DNA from: Blasia pusilla
Lineage: Eukaryota
DNA: 64,000 bases
Direction: 5' to 3'
Assembly (NCBI GenBank): GCA_050084515.1
Contig: CM114271.1
Location: 24,676,001 to 24,740,000 of the forward strand
Made by a program: the position numbers and the translations under genes. How positions within the stretch are numbered: position 1 is the stretch's first letter; each line of letters starts with the position of its first letter. Shown here piece by piece: positions 1 to 13,700 of the stretch. The notes under the pieces were generated by a model that ran no database searches, was not told the DNA's origin, and saw nothing but the letters and a program-made list of their open reading frames with translations.

Positions 1-3000
1 TTTTCGAAAGTGTGTTTTCTTAGACAAAAAAATCAGGGGTCACATAACCTCCACCTTACATCCTCACGTATATAGAATCAAAATATCCATCATATTTTTG
101 AACGTATCCCCAAAATTCTTATTTAAAAAAAGTTTCGAGTATTTTCATGACTTTTTATTTTCCACTCTAACAATATAATTCTTACTCTATGTGACTATTT
201 TGGAAGCCTCCACATGTTCCATATTGTCTATTCAACTTTAACACTTATGGACGCATGAAAATCTTTCCATTCGCCAATTACTCAATGAAGCTTTTTCCTT
301 CCACATAGGGATGAGAGAGGTGGAAATCTCACCTAAAGACGGTAAAGGCAAGTAACAATTGTGTGGCCCCATGGAGGAAGGGACAAGCCATTGATAGGGT
401 GGGGACCAAGAGGACGATAAGAAGTAGGGAACCCCAACTAGCTGAAGTACTTACGTAATGTAAGATCCTATGGTGTGGGGTCAAGGATATGGATTTTCAA
501 GAATCAACTCCATGGGAAAGTTGGAAGGTACATGTGGTTCTTGTCTATTTGGGAGGGCATGGCAAGTCCATGTCTATACATTCTCGAGTGTCTTATGTAG
601 CCACCAAATATAGGACGTAGTATGGGAAGGGTGGGGCTTCGGTTAACACCTGATTAAGTTTGTGATTAGGCCGTCCATAAGCATCTCTTGGTGTTGGGAG
701 GCACTATAGAATCGAGAAACTCCAGTTTCCATGCGAAGGGAGTGAATGTTAAAGAAAATGCCGTGTCATGAGGTTTAATATTTAATAGTGTGTTAAAATG
801 GGTGTACATGGGAACAAGTCTACATGAGAAGATCACAGTCAGTCATATAATAATGGTGCTGTTAATTCACTCCAACGGCACAAATAAATACGTCTGCAAA
901 TTATTATATGGGAAAGCAATCTCGAGGGGGTAAGACGAGCAACCATTGAAAAAAGAAAAGAAAAAGGAAAATGTAAACTCTACTAACCCATAGCCCATGG
1001 TAACAATCCGTCTAGCTTTGATCGTGTTAAAATGAAGAATTGATTGCCATTAGTTCGTTCTCTCCCAGGTAAAAATCGGTCAACTTCTTAAAATTATGTT
1101 GACACCGGTTCTAATCAAACTATCCAACATAACCCTTGATTGAACATAACAGCTCATTAGAGAGGGTGGGAAGAAGTTCCATAGCAACGTCCAAGGAGGA
1201 TAGGGCCCATGTAGAACCAGTCGGTTTAAAAAATGATTATTATAATTTTACAAAAACGACAAGAAACATTTGTTGGAAAGAAGAATAAACATCCGCTCGG
1301 ATTGGGTAAATACCGTTTAAAAATATAAATTTATTTATTTTTGTCATGGTTTCGCCATGAAAACTCCTAGGGGATAAGAAAAGAGAGTGTGTCGTTAGCT
1401 ACTAGTTAACTCTCCTTGCCACATGACAATAATTACGATCATTGTCAACAACTTAATAGAAGAAATTAACTATCCTACTTAACCATTCAGTTATTAGTCG
1501 TCTACATGCGATAGCTGGGCGAGAAGTTTCAATAAAATGGATTAGAGAAGTGGGCGTACTACAACTAATTATTTCTTCCCGCCATAATCCTTCCATGAGC
1601 TTCTACCAATCATTTTGATCCATCTCAAAAGTCTATTAAAAGACATAAGTGATCTTACTTGACACTTAAATTATAGCCATGGAAAGATCAAGAAGACACG
1701 AAAAAATACCTAGTGGATAAGAGAAGCAATCATGTAATTACAAAAGCCACCATTTACCTCTCCCTCCTAGAGTCCATAAATCGAGTCATAAAGTGGTTTT
1801 CATAACTCAAAAATACTATTAAACCATTAAACTAAATTTACTCTCTTGCTTAAAGACTGAAAGGTCACCATAGAACATGACGAAGTTCCAAGTGGATTAG
1901 AACAGCCAGTAAGTATGGACGGCTCTATTAGCTCTCAAAGCTAGTGAAAAGGAAAATTTACTACTCTCCCTAAAAATCTTATTAAAAGAGAAAAAAATCT
2001 CTTATTGTGAACACATAATCTAGAAAACATTGCAAGGCCATAAGAAGACAAGAAGAAGGTTCCCCACGGATCTTAAAAGCAAAGGAAAAGAAGATATGAG
2101 TGGAATCTAGAGAGGAGAGGGTTTAGGGTCCACACTACACCGACCAACCGACTGCGGTGGTCTAGTTAGGAGTTGAAGCGCACTAGGGCAGTTCTTATCC
2201 TTCCATTGACTTTTGGGAATAATATGTGAGCAACTGCCCCCATTGTGATAATTCCATAGTCCTTTTCCAACCTACTTTCCCAATGTGACGGATTGAACAC
2301 AAGTGACCTTTATTTATAGTCCCCCACCCCCTCTACTTCCACCACCATTATCATCAGCAAGAGAATTCACAAGAATTGCCATATGCGAAATTCCCTCACT
2401 TTTGCCGAAGTTGTGGTGGCAAAGGGAAAAAGTTAAAGCTTTTCTTTCTTGCATCCATGAGAGCTAGCTAAACAAAGCTCCACCATAGATTTATCCTTTG
2501 TTATTATTAGTGGAAATTCCCAAAGGAAAATGAATTTAACTGCTCTGCACTTATTGGAGGCAGAAAGTCTTTCTTCCATTATGGTGGAAACTCTCGACCA
2601 AAATAACATAAGAAAATGTTCGAATTTTGTCTTATTTCGGCCAGGCAAGCAATTTTTTTTTCCCAATTGGCCCTATCAAACAAATACTTGATTTACTATG
2701 TAACGCCCTCTATCTCTCTCTATATCTATTATTAATGTGATGGTATTGGTGGTGGTGAATCTAGAACTTGGTTTTTGGTATATATATCCTTCCGTTCAAT
2801 AAAATCAAAATTTTGCTATTATAATGCCTAGAGAGAGCACTATGCCATGGTCACGTGGACAAAAAGATGGTGGAGATAATATTGCATTATCCAATATCTT
2901 TTGTGTGGATGTTGTGTTATTCAATTCCAATAGTTTGCCTTTATTAGCCGTGTTCTCTCATGCCTTAGGCCCCACATAAATAATCAATTTTAGTGCAACA

Positions 3001-3064
3001 AGTTGCATAGCAATTTTGGAAAACTCTAGGATATTCACTTCTTGTGCATCTCTTAAAGCAGAAA

Positions 3065-3632
3065 ATATAAAAATATAAAAATGTAGAAAAAGGATGGAAA
3101 ACCCATCACGATACAAAAGAGGGGGCATGGAGACCCAAAAAATAGACCTCAAGAGGCCGGAACCGACCCCGAGGAGAAAGAAGGGGGCCTTCCCCCCTAA
3201 CGACCAAAATCACCAACAGCAGAGACAATATCAACAACACCTAGAGAACTATGACTACTACTAAGTGGGCCTCTAGCATTGGCCTCTCCAACCGCCTGAG
3301 CCCACCGCAGAAGCCCATTTTCCTGGGCGCGCTGCAAAGCTATGGAGACCCGTTGCCTACAATAAAGTATCGCAGTGGCTAAGGACAACCCATTTCTCGA
3401 CTGGAGATGATGGGTGCAATCCGTAAGGAACGAGTCAAACCTCTCCCCCATCGCCCCGTACATCTCAATGGCTAGGGGGTTAAATCGATGTCCGTCATGA
3501 AATCGACTATAAATGTGGGTCTTCTTGACTGCCGCCGCCACTCCTTGTAGCAATCTCCCTTGTGCTACCACTTGGGCTCGCACCGCCTCCCGCGTAAGAT
3601 CCGTCACTACAACATCCGCTACCACCACCTCT
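3065..3632 (-). mobile_element. 5'-truncated non-LTR retrotransposon, CRE/R2-group (restriction-like endonuclease C-terminus plus 3' UTR)
   Basis: ORF 3197-3628 reads ADVVVTD...KKTHIY...FNPLAIEMYG...RQRVSIALQRAQ, the layout of an RLE C-terminus. It ends in a T/TA-rich tail and is near-identical to 21525-22140 on the opposite strand. Confidence 0.75.
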
Positions 3633-4497
3633 TAAAGTACCCACTCAATTCTCAAGTGGAATGGCCATCCTACAAACAAGGATTGGATAATGTTGAAGAT
3701 TGCTAATTTAAGATTTTATGCTCACTATATTGGTTCCAATTAGTGATTTTATCATTTGACCCAAAAAATTAGTCTATAATAATAAAAAAAAATTATCCCA
3801 TTACAATGTGATGGTATTGGTGGTGGAAAATCTAGAACTTGGTATTTGACAATAATTCCAAGGAATGTATGTGCAGGTCACTTGTCAAACCAATACCTAT
3901 AACTAATTTTCACTTATATGGTCCTAGTCCAATCTACTAGAATCTCTTGCCTTGATAGAGTGAGATATCTTCGACAAAAGTTCCAAATTGTGTTGTGGGT
4001 TGCCATTGCGTGGATTCCTTACTATACACTGAAAATGGATTAGGACATGGTCTAACTCTCTTAGTTCCATGAAATGATGACATTCGTTGATTTTTCAACT
4101 TGGTAGTTTCATATCGATCAGTGCAATGAGAGATTGGATATAAGAAGATGGAACTAAGGACGATGGACAAGGAGGTAATCAACCATCCATACTACTAGTG
4201 TATATCCCATGCCTATGGATTAATCATATTTCACACAAATTCAAAAAATGAAGATTCTTGTTGCCTCTTAAAGATTCTTTACATGTTTGTAGTATGAATT
4301 GTTTTTCTTGTGTGAGTGTAATGTGTCACTCAAACAAATGCTTGAAAATCAAGAAGGTGTTATCCCATAATAATATACATTATTCTATACCCTTTTTTTT
4401 TTTCGACTTGGAGAGTCGTATATCTATTATTAGTTCAAAATTAAAATTAATTTAAGGTTTTTTCATGTGTATTTATTTCATTTACGTGTTCAAATTT

Positions 4498-4502
<5 letters not shown>

Positions 4503-4528
<26 letters not shown>
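4503..4528. repeat. (TA)n microsatellite
   Basis: Read directly from the sequence. Confidence 0.95.
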
Positions 4529-4529
<1 letters not shown>

Positions 4530-5289
4530 GTTTCTCATCTTCAAAATAGTGCATCAGAGGTATTTATATTATTGTTGGAGAACAGCTTCTTGATGTACAA
4601 ACACTTGTATGTTTGACATGTGGCAATTATGCAACAAGAAAATGTTTCTCATGTGAGGGCGACAAGATTTTTTATTTTTCAATTTGTGTGCAACATTATT
4701 AGTCTCTTCACTCCTCTACATGCCAAGATTTTATACTAATCTCACTAATTTGCAAGAGTGATGAACCACTCTACTTGGTGACCAAAACATATTGCAAGAC
4801 TAGAACTACAGCCGTATTCCACGGGAGTACCATCCTCGTCACGTCACCAAGGGCTTGGTTGAATTTCCCGCGCCCAAAACTTTAGGGCAGAGCAAACGCC
4901 CAACGTATTGGTGACCCTCTTAGTTGGAAAATCAGATTATAAATCAGCTATGCTGTTGGATCATAAAATGGATTATTGTATTATCTATTCGGAAAAATTG
5001 GTGACTAAGCAATGATATTAGTTGCTTCACTAAACAACATTATCCAACCAAAAATCTAAACTATTAAAAGAGGATGGATTTATAGAATCATTTACTTGGG
5101 AGTTCTTCTTGGGAGATTGACACCTATTCTTTGAAAACTTTTATTATCGTGAGTCATTCAATAATTTAAGTTAAAAATTAAATTAAAACAATTAATTTGA
5201 AGAATGATGTAAACTCCCGTGTATGGCGCAAACAAATTACTAATCCTTTTCAAATCTGGAAAATAAGGGGCGGAAATGAATACCTCATC

Positions 5290-6210
5290 AGCAGGGGCCA
5301 AGTCCTAATCGGACGCAATCCGACGGTCTAAAACCAACAATAACAAATAGCGAACTGCGGGAATTTCCGCCGTGAAAGACCGCTAACTACGGTTTTTCAC
5401 GGGACCGGGCCCACTGGTTTGACACGACGCAAATATTATCCCCGTATGCCAAGACATCGCGTGATGTGACCGGGTCCTTATGCCGGCCCCTGTGACCCAC
5501 AGAGGGCGGGCGGGCGGGCGGGCGGGCAGCGTCGCAGCTCGGACGACCTCGTGCGACATAATGGAACCGGGTTCTCACAGTTACGTCCTTCCTTAAAGAG
5601 ACGTGATTTAATTTATTTAACGTGTGGCCTGACGGACGGAAAGTGGAATCGTGGAAGCGAGCCGCAGGACAGAAGTCACAGAGACATTATCCGTGAGATC
5701 AGGGGTCCTGCATGCGGTCCGTCCTCCAGAGTCCAGAGAGGGACGAAAGGTCATGCACGCCGCATGCTTGTCCTGTCCCGTCTACTCCCGCAGCCCTATA
5801 CCGGATCAGACACGTAAGGGCCAGAGGATAGTCACAGTGTGCGAGAATGTCACAGCTGCCGCAGGTGGAGTCTACAAGAGCGAACAGTACCAAACATCCA
5901 TCCAGGCAGACGCGACCGTCCAGAAAGGGCTCGAAAGAGTCAAATTCGGGCGATCCGCTGCCCGACGCTTTATTCTAATTCTAATTCTAATTCTAATTCG
6001 TGCACGCTGTGAGGTTTTCTTGTATCCCGCGGGAGGTCGTGTAGAGCGAGATCGCTGAGGCTGCTGTACGTCGTTAGACGGGATACAGCACGTTCGAACG
6101 GATGCTTCGACTCGCGGAGTTGCGCTTTCGAGCTTGTAAGCTCATCCGGAATCAACGCTGACGAGCGGCAACATTTCTACTGAAAAGAACCGAAGTATTA
6201 TTCTCAGGTG
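5290..6210 (+). promoter_or_regulatory. CpG-rich promoter/first-exon-like island with no recognisable downstream CDS
   Basis: Abrupt GC/CpG rise, (GGGC)n at about 5504-5527 and (TTCTAA)n at about 5973-5998. A donor-like CAG|GTGACT near 6207 is followed by pyrimidine-rich, intron-like sequence. Confidence 0.3.
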
Positions 6211-8258
6211 ACTGACTGTCTTCTGCTCGGCATCGGCTCCCCGTTTCAGGTTTCTTACTAGTCAGCTGCCATGTTGGGTCGTCCGGCACTATCATCTTCC
6301 CGCAGTGTTCGTCAATCCTGGCGTTCTGTCCTGGAAAGTGTCTTCCACGCGTTACTATCTCTAATTTCTACCATATCTCGGATGTGTTGGTTTCTTCTAT
6401 CCATTGGCTTCCCGAGGCCGTTCACGCCTTTCTCTAGTACGGGCTCCATCTTCGTATGTGATTTCCTGTGCAATTTGAATGTGTCTCCTTCTGACTTTGG
6501 AATTCGTGTGAACTGATTAAAATCAGTACCTCTTCGTCACTCTCTCTTCCTGACTTGACCCGTCAATCACTTCCCATGCTGCAATTTCACATGTGACAGC
6601 AGGTTACATTTTTCTTCCTCTTCTTCGGATACGAAGGACACTCGCCAACTTTTTCTTAGTTTTATATAGCCTTGGGAACCTTTCTTTACGACTCTTAAGA
6701 CGTAAGGTTCTTTGATGGGAGAGAACACGGTTGTGTGAACTTGTGTCAGTCATCGGCAACGGACGACACTATCCTGTCAATCTGAGGGAATACGATAGTG
6801 TCATTTACCCATCACCGTTGCCAATACCTTGAGGTCCTTCCTACTCCTTCGCCATCATCATCTTTGGGGCTTGTGACGTAGACCTCCAAAATTCTAGCCC
6901 CACGAAGACATGTTCGAAGAGACTCTACATAGTGAGTTCCAACATCCGCGGGAAATGGCAATGTCAATTCGTAAATGTCAAAACTGTAAGCACACGTCCC
7001 AGGAGCATGCAGAACGGCTGTATGAAGACCACGCATGAATGCTAAGAGCTACTCTCGTACATCAGCACATCCATTTCACATGTAACTCCACATGTATTCC
7101 AGACCACCGGCACCTCGATATATGTGCGTCGGAGAATTAGGCACAGACGGAGACCCCTTAGAGAATCGTGCCTGTGGGGTGGGACAACTCTGGCAACATC
7201 GATGAAAGCGTAATGACCATAAGCATCCAGCAGATGGAACCAAAACAAGCATTAGCATCCAAGAGAGCCTGCGCTGTGGGTCCTCATTGAAGTTCGAGGT
7301 CAGAAAATTAGAGGCATCCAGCGTCGCAAGAATGCTCGAGAAATTTGATGCAAGAAAGTTCGAGGGCACATGCTGCTGGACGCTCACGTTGTTGTGGAGT
7401 TACGAGAATCTACTTCTCGGCATTTCTGCTACACTGATCTTAGTGTTCGATGAGGTTCGCATGGCCGGACAGGCCATAATGGTAATTATGAAAACTATAA
7501 TTTTAACTCCTGCAGGGCTGTTTGATTGAAAACGGGTCAATTGTGATTCTGCTCTTCGTGAGATGCCCGGTTAGCTCAAACAAGCTCGATGAAGATCTCA
7601 TGGACTGGAGAAGCAATTCTTGGAGAAACAGGACATTCTTGCCCAGGAACTTGTTTCTCAAAGTGAGATGAACATCCATCTTGAACAAATTCGTACCAGG
7701 TTTTGTTTGAAGAAATCGGTCTGACACTAGACTCTTCCATGGTTGAGTTTGAAAGATTGCCGTGTCAAGTCAGTTTGAAATCACCACCGGATCAAATCTG
7801 GCATTTACAGATACTCCACCATGGGAATCACATGAACCTAGCAAAGCCTCCAGACTGTTCCAATTTTTTACCTCATAGGGTGTAATATCCTGGCTGAAAA
7901 CTGGGCATCATGAAAAACCTTTCAACCTTCCACACTATTCAATTGCCTTTGAGTTTGTGTTAAGAGCTCCTCTTCAATATGAACGGAGACTGAGCTAACC
8001 TTCTCGGCAATGACATTTGAGCTGCAGACACATGGAGCCGAGAATATCACCAAATTTTGGAAATTAACATTGTTGAGATGACCTGAGACTTTGAGTGCCC
8101 ACTAAAGAAAGGCCATTCTACAGTGGCAGGATGTAGATGTCTATTCAACATTTCTAAGGGCTGATATGTGCCACATATCAATTTCAAGTAATCATTCCTC
8201 TCAGCTGCTACTGCTATTCACAGGTCCAGAACAATGGACCAAAAACCACTGCACATCT

Positions 8259-10751
8259 TCATTCAGTCTTTGCTGGAGTCTCTGGTGAAGGTCCATCATT
8301 TCCATCTGATGACTTGATTTTGGTGAAGTTGATTCCTTCAAAGGAAGGCTTGGAATCGACATATTTGGTTCCATAGCCGAAACCAAAGCCCCATCCGAGA
8401 CCAAGGCCCACTCCACAACCCCCACCTTCCCAACAGTAGAGCACATCAAAGCAACCGTCAGCCAGGGGTAAAGAGACTTTCAGTGACACAATCAAACAGT
8501 AGAATTTAGGCCATGGTTTGACGGACCAAGTAAAAATTTACCAACCCTACAGAGCAAGATTTGTGACTGCACTAATTTTCAGATCCCCACATGTGTTCAT
8601 TCCTGATAGGAAGGTAGGACTTGAAGTAGAGTGGTGCCAGATACGGTGAAATGTGAGAAACTCTCCTTGAGCATCCAAAGTTACGTGCAGCAATAATCAC
8701 TCGATAAGGCACCTCCACATTCACTGTCCAGTCAAAACTATTTTGCCTACCACTCCCTCTTGGAAAAGATTGAATTCACGTCAAATGAGTTCATTGAAAA
8801 TAACCACCCATCCCGTCAGAAGCAGTCTGCCTTGCTTACAACACATTCATAGAGTTGAGCTTTTCCTAGCGCAGTGAAGTTTGCTGTTCTATGTAGGCTC
8901 AGCTCCAATCACCTGCACCAATGCCCAGAGTCTGCAGAGACGATCCTGCCATCATGATGGAATAGAGGCTATCAGAGGAAGCAAAAATCGTCAACTCTCA
9001 CTCATGCAGACAAAATCCTCAGACCAGCCAACCCAGAAGATATCGAGAAGGAAAAACTTCACACAAACTCCAGCAACATGGCAATCTGTAGAAGATTCAT
9101 ATAAAAACCGACTCAATCCTCAATGAAGCTTGCTTAAAATCACAAGAGATTTGCCTGAGAAAAGCCCACACCACAACAAGGTGGATGGTCACACGTTCTT
9201 GACTCTCTGGAGGACAATGCTTCCAGAGGACACTCTGAATGAAGGGATGGGCATTCATTTCCTTCTGAAAGGCTAGTATGAAAGATAGAATCTCATAATG
9301 AAAATCCAAGAAATCATGTTGGCTTGACTTTCTGTGCTTGGAGTCACACCAGTGCTTGGCCCTTAGGATTAGACAATTGCCAAAACAATTGTGCCTGCAC
9401 CATGTTATCCTCAGGGCAGGTCCAAGGATTCTTGTCACGATGTGGTTGAGGGTTTTCTAAACAATACATTTTGTCCCATCTCATATACTTTTGCACTGTG
9501 TGCTGCGTCGTTGGTTGTGATCGTATTCTCCTTGGGTGATTGGAACTACACCCAGATATAAGATCAACCTTGTGTCTCTTCAGTCAGCATGACTTCTATG
9601 ATTTTTCCCGGCTGGACGAACTTCTCAGTTTCCTTGCGCAGTGCAGCAACAACACTTGTCCTTTCTCATATAGTGACATGCGATTTCCTTGCATACATAA
9701 TCGCATTGCCATTGTGCACCACAGGAAAGTCCAAAACCGGATTGGCTCCTCTTTTTTCTTCTTACAGGTAATTTCCAGACTGGAAAATATTTCAATCCCT
9801 TCCTTCATAAAGGTTTGCATAGGACTGTAATAGTCCTGTAAGTAGGAGGATGTTTTTGTAAAGCTTGGACCTAAATCTGGTCATGCCTCGGTGTTACTAA
9901 TCCTATGAGCATGCGAACATTGGCCCAGGTTTCCATGATGGCTCCTTTCTTTACTAGAATCATGCAAAGGCCTAGGTTTTTTGGACTAGAGTTTTACAAG
10001 AAAGATGCCACATTTCAGGCAGTAAGTAGACGAGTTGTGTTCCCAGTCCATTTACTTGCGAAGAGAGTGGCTGCGTAGGAATTCAACCTACACAGTCATC
10101 CAGTAACATCTGTATGTTCTCTTTCAAAACCATCACTTGAACCCACGACAAAGGATTCCTAAGCTCCACACTCCTTGGTTCTCTGAGGGATGCTAATCGG
10201 TGTCTTGACCACTCATCGAGAAAAGGAGCCAGAGAGAGAGACGTGGAGGGTTGGTGATTGATCAACACATGAATGTACGGCACAAAGAGACTGTACTCAT
10301 TAAGTAGTGCCAGTCGTAGCCTTGCGACCATAGACCCCGCGCCCCGGTTGGACGGTGCTTGAGACTGGGATGGGTGTAGAGAGAGGAAGAAGTGAAGAAG
10401 GCACCATATGAGAGGAGGGAGACACTCTCATGTAGAGTGAGTGCTGACCAAACAATGTGTTGGTGCGGAGCTTCCAAGTGTCAACCAAGAAACTCTTCAC
10501 CACACCATCTACTTTACCTGATTGGGATGCCCAATAGACATTACTTAGCAGTGCAGCAGCTTTGGGCAATGAATCAAGGTTACTGAATGTGTTGAACAAT
10601 TGTGGTGTTACCAGCTTAGCAATATCAGCATATGCTCTTGCTCTGTGTGTTGTGAATTTTGTGCAGGAGACCAAGTAGTGACGAGAGACTGTACTCATTA
10701 AGTAGTGCCTGTCGTAGCCTTGCGACCATAGACCCCGCGCCCTAGTTGGAC

Positions 10752-10788
<37 letters not shown>

Positions 10789-10839
10789 ACTCATTAAGTA
10801 GTGCCTGTCGTAGCCTTGCGACCATAGACCCCGCGCCCT

Positions 10840-10875
<36 letters not shown>

Positions 10876-11454
10876 CTCCAAATCCCCAGCCGACTCCAAA
10901 TCCACAACCCGCACCAAAACCTGTCAGGGGAAACATAAGGCGAGACAGCCCACTGAGAGCACTGCAGATCCATTCACCAAACGCGACTGCGAGGCCGAGA
11001 CTTCAACAATTATCGCCAACTGTCCAGAGCTCTGGACAGTTGGAGTTCGGAGCAGATGCCAACTTTCTTGGCAAATGCTCAAAATGAGAGAAACTCGTCC
11101 ACCTAATTTCCATTCCAGAAGGCAGTGGTACCAGTGACACGATCCTAATAGAAAGATGTCTCAAGACCCAAATGTGATTAATTGATTGATTACTCTAACG
11201 ATTGAACCATGGGGTAAGAGCAGCAGCATCCACTCTAATACTCAGCGACTGACCTCAAAATGCTCCAAAGAAATGTGCCCACACATTTCCTTATGGGCAG
11301 TGAAAAATTCCCAACAAGAAATTCTTGCCGTTCAACGCAACCTACTATAGAACACTGCGCAAGGAAGGCCTTACAACACGAAATCTACTGGTGAAGAGCA
11401 GAGAGAGAGCCCACCAAACCCAACTCCGCGACCACTGAACCACGAAACCACCAT
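8259..11454 (-). CDS. TGD5: TRIGALACTOSYLDIACYLGLYCEROL 5-like glycine-rich plastid envelope protein, 94 aa, 4 exons
   Basis: Exons 11454-11415, 10920-10876, 8945-8913 and 8425-8259 (all GT-AG, 285 nt) give [73 protein letters not shown]..., which matches the TGD5 motif pattern. Confidence 0.9.
10286..10838 (-). mobile_element. Three stacked 5'-truncated LINE 3' ends within a (CT)n tract in TGD5 intron 2
   Basis: A ~58-nt terminal motif occurs at about 10286-10344, 10683-10742 and 10781-10838, each ending CAGTCTCT on the minus strand. The longest copy encodes HYLVSCTKFTTHR...FLVDTWKLR, resembling a LINE ORF2 C-terminus. Confidence 0.6.
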
Positions 11455-11953
11455 CCTGGGCCACACAATTCGATTCACCTTCGAATTCTGCACCCGCTTC
11501 GTGTTGCTGCTTGCCTTTGGCTGCAATTACTCATCAATTGGTCTTCACTGGCACGCCTCTCCTCATTTTCTCTTCCCTGCCCAGCGAGCGCATGGCAGAG
11601 GGACGCAAGAAAGGAGGGACAGTCCCCGCTACTCCTGTGGCCTCCTGAGTTCGAAGAACGTGGGTGAAGCCATTACCGGGGGAATGAGCGAAACTGAGAG
11701 TGAGTATTCTTCAGATGCTGCCGAGAAGCCGGTGTCCGGTCGGGGAGGCGAGGCAAGGGCCGGTGATCAGCGGGCAATCACCCGTACGTCGGGACCGGAC
11801 TCTGGGACAGTCCGCCGTATTCGGAGGGGGGGGCCAGTTGCCGTGACCTCTCGCACATGGGACCCGGCTCTAAATTCCACGACTATGGCGGAAAACCTAC
11901 CACGTTGACCACTTTTGGGGCTACCCAGGCCGTATGATCAACCCCATTTTCTT

Positions 11954-12138
11954 TAACGGCAAGTGTCGGTGAGCGACGCTAACACATGGGAGTGACCAAC
12001 CACTCGTGTTCTTGTCAGATTTGTTTCAGGTTATCAATAGTGTTGACCAACCTCATCTTCTCTAACGGCAAGTGTCGGTGAGCGACGCTAACACATGGGA
12101 GTGACCAACCACTCGTGTTCTTGTCAGATTTGTTTCAG
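11954..12138. repeat. Exact 76-bp direct duplication, 109-bp period
   Basis: 11954-12029 is identical to 12063-12138. Confidence 0.95.
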
Positions 12139-12672
12139 ACTATCAATGGTGTAGCTCGTTGAGCCGGTGTTTGCGTTGGCTTGTTGCCATTTTCTTTTTG
12201 CATTCTTTTATGCATTTTTTGACTCCTCTTTTGAGATGTTATTACCTTTCTTTGTCCTCTTCTGAGGTTTATTTTATAATAAAGTGGATATATTAAGATA
12301 AGGCCCTTAGGTATCCCGTTGAAAGAATGTCGGTTCATACTGGACAACGGTTTTGGGGTTTTTCTGCGTACACAAAGGACGAATTTGCATAGCAATGGGG
12401 CGATTTTAGGCCATGTCGGTGGCTCATCCTTCCTTGACATTTCGGTGGTTATCAAGATGCCCTTCCTTCCTTGACGGGGAGTGCCATGCGTCTCCATGGT
12501 TGTGATTTCATATGTCTAGGAACCTCAAGATGTTGGGACTACCCAAAACTTACCGATCTGATTTTGTGAATTATTTGCATCTGAAAACCACAAAAAACCC
12601 TTCAATGGACGTCCACCTTCACGGGAAATCCAAGTGACACGCCCTTATAGGGCATTTGGACGCATCACCGTG

Positions 12673-13700
12673 TGTCGCGACCCTCATAGCAAACAACACC
12701 AAATAGGCGCCAAACGGAACATCATAACTCAAGTGGACTCACCTTGCGATGTTTGCGCTTTGGAGAGGCGTTTGGAAAGGTCTCTTGGAAAAGTCCAAGA
12801 GACGAAACGCGGAATAGAGTTGTGCGTTTTGTGCATTAGTGGTCGCGACCGGGAAACCTAGACCAAACGCGAGCCAAGACTTGAGATGAGTTGAGTCTTG
12901 GAAGGTTGGTTGCCAAGGAGGTGAGAATCAGTTTTGGAACACGACTAGCGTTTAGAGAATTTGACTGTGTTTTGGACCATAACGTTTAGCCCCAAGATGC
13001 GATTGGGACAAGTAAGGGCGCTTTGGAAAGCTTATCTTGAGACGCTTCCAACGCACTAAAGATCTCAAAAATGCATAAGTAGAGACTGAGATAGTGGCCA
13101 AAAACGACGGTGAGAGAAATCGGGTTGAGGGCCAATTGGAGAGGCCCGGGTGTCTTTTCCTAAAGGTAGGGGGACCCCGGAGATCCCCAGAAGTACTAGT
13201 AAGGGAGGAGTCTCTACAAGATGTCTTGGAACACGAATCCCCACTTTGAGCGCCAAACGGCGTCTCAGAGGCACGGGATGGAAGGTGAGTTTGGCGTTGG
13301 AACTCGAAACCCAAACCTGATCCAAGGGAGTGGACTTTGAACGCCACACTTGGATTCCAACCCGAGATTCACTTCGTACAAGTCTCGGTTAGGGACTCAT
13401 TGGATGTCCATCGGAGTGTTGGAACCGCCAAGCGCAAAACGCCGTTTGAGGTTCCTGAACCGACCAGAAAGTCTGTCCCAAGTCTTTCGAGACTTGCCCG
13501 TGTTGGAAACCGTGAAACTAGGAAGGTTGAGCTTGATGAGAGAGTGAGGTGAGAACTTGGAAAGTTAGCCCGCTGATTGATCCAAGACCCGACTAACCAG
13601 AGTGTGTGTTTGGATGCAGATCAGCGTTTAGAGCATGACCTACTGAACGAACGCTTCTGCAACAACAAGATTTACGTTCAAGGAGAGTAGGCGCACGACA
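12673..13700 (+). mobile_element. Solo LTR (Gypsy family)
   Basis: Starts TGTCGCG and ends CACGACA, with a perfect 5-bp TSD CCGTG at 12668-12672 and 13701-13705. Homologous to 36392-37397 and about 63000-63736. Confidence 0.85.

Noticed and set aside
1-2700. Possible ancient minus-strand transposon ORF remnants
   Set aside because: Too decayed; I could not support any diagnostic motif.
2735-3843. ~39-bp direct repeat (2735-2773 and 3806-3843) as the TSD of the LINE fragment
   Set aside because: The copies lie 170-290 bp from the LINE ends, so they are an older local repeat rather than a TSD.
10286-10838. rRNA gene, snoRNA or ribozyme call for the 58-nt motif
   Set aside because: The rRNA match is only ~21 nt, and I could not fit C/D boxes or a hammerhead, twister or HDV core.
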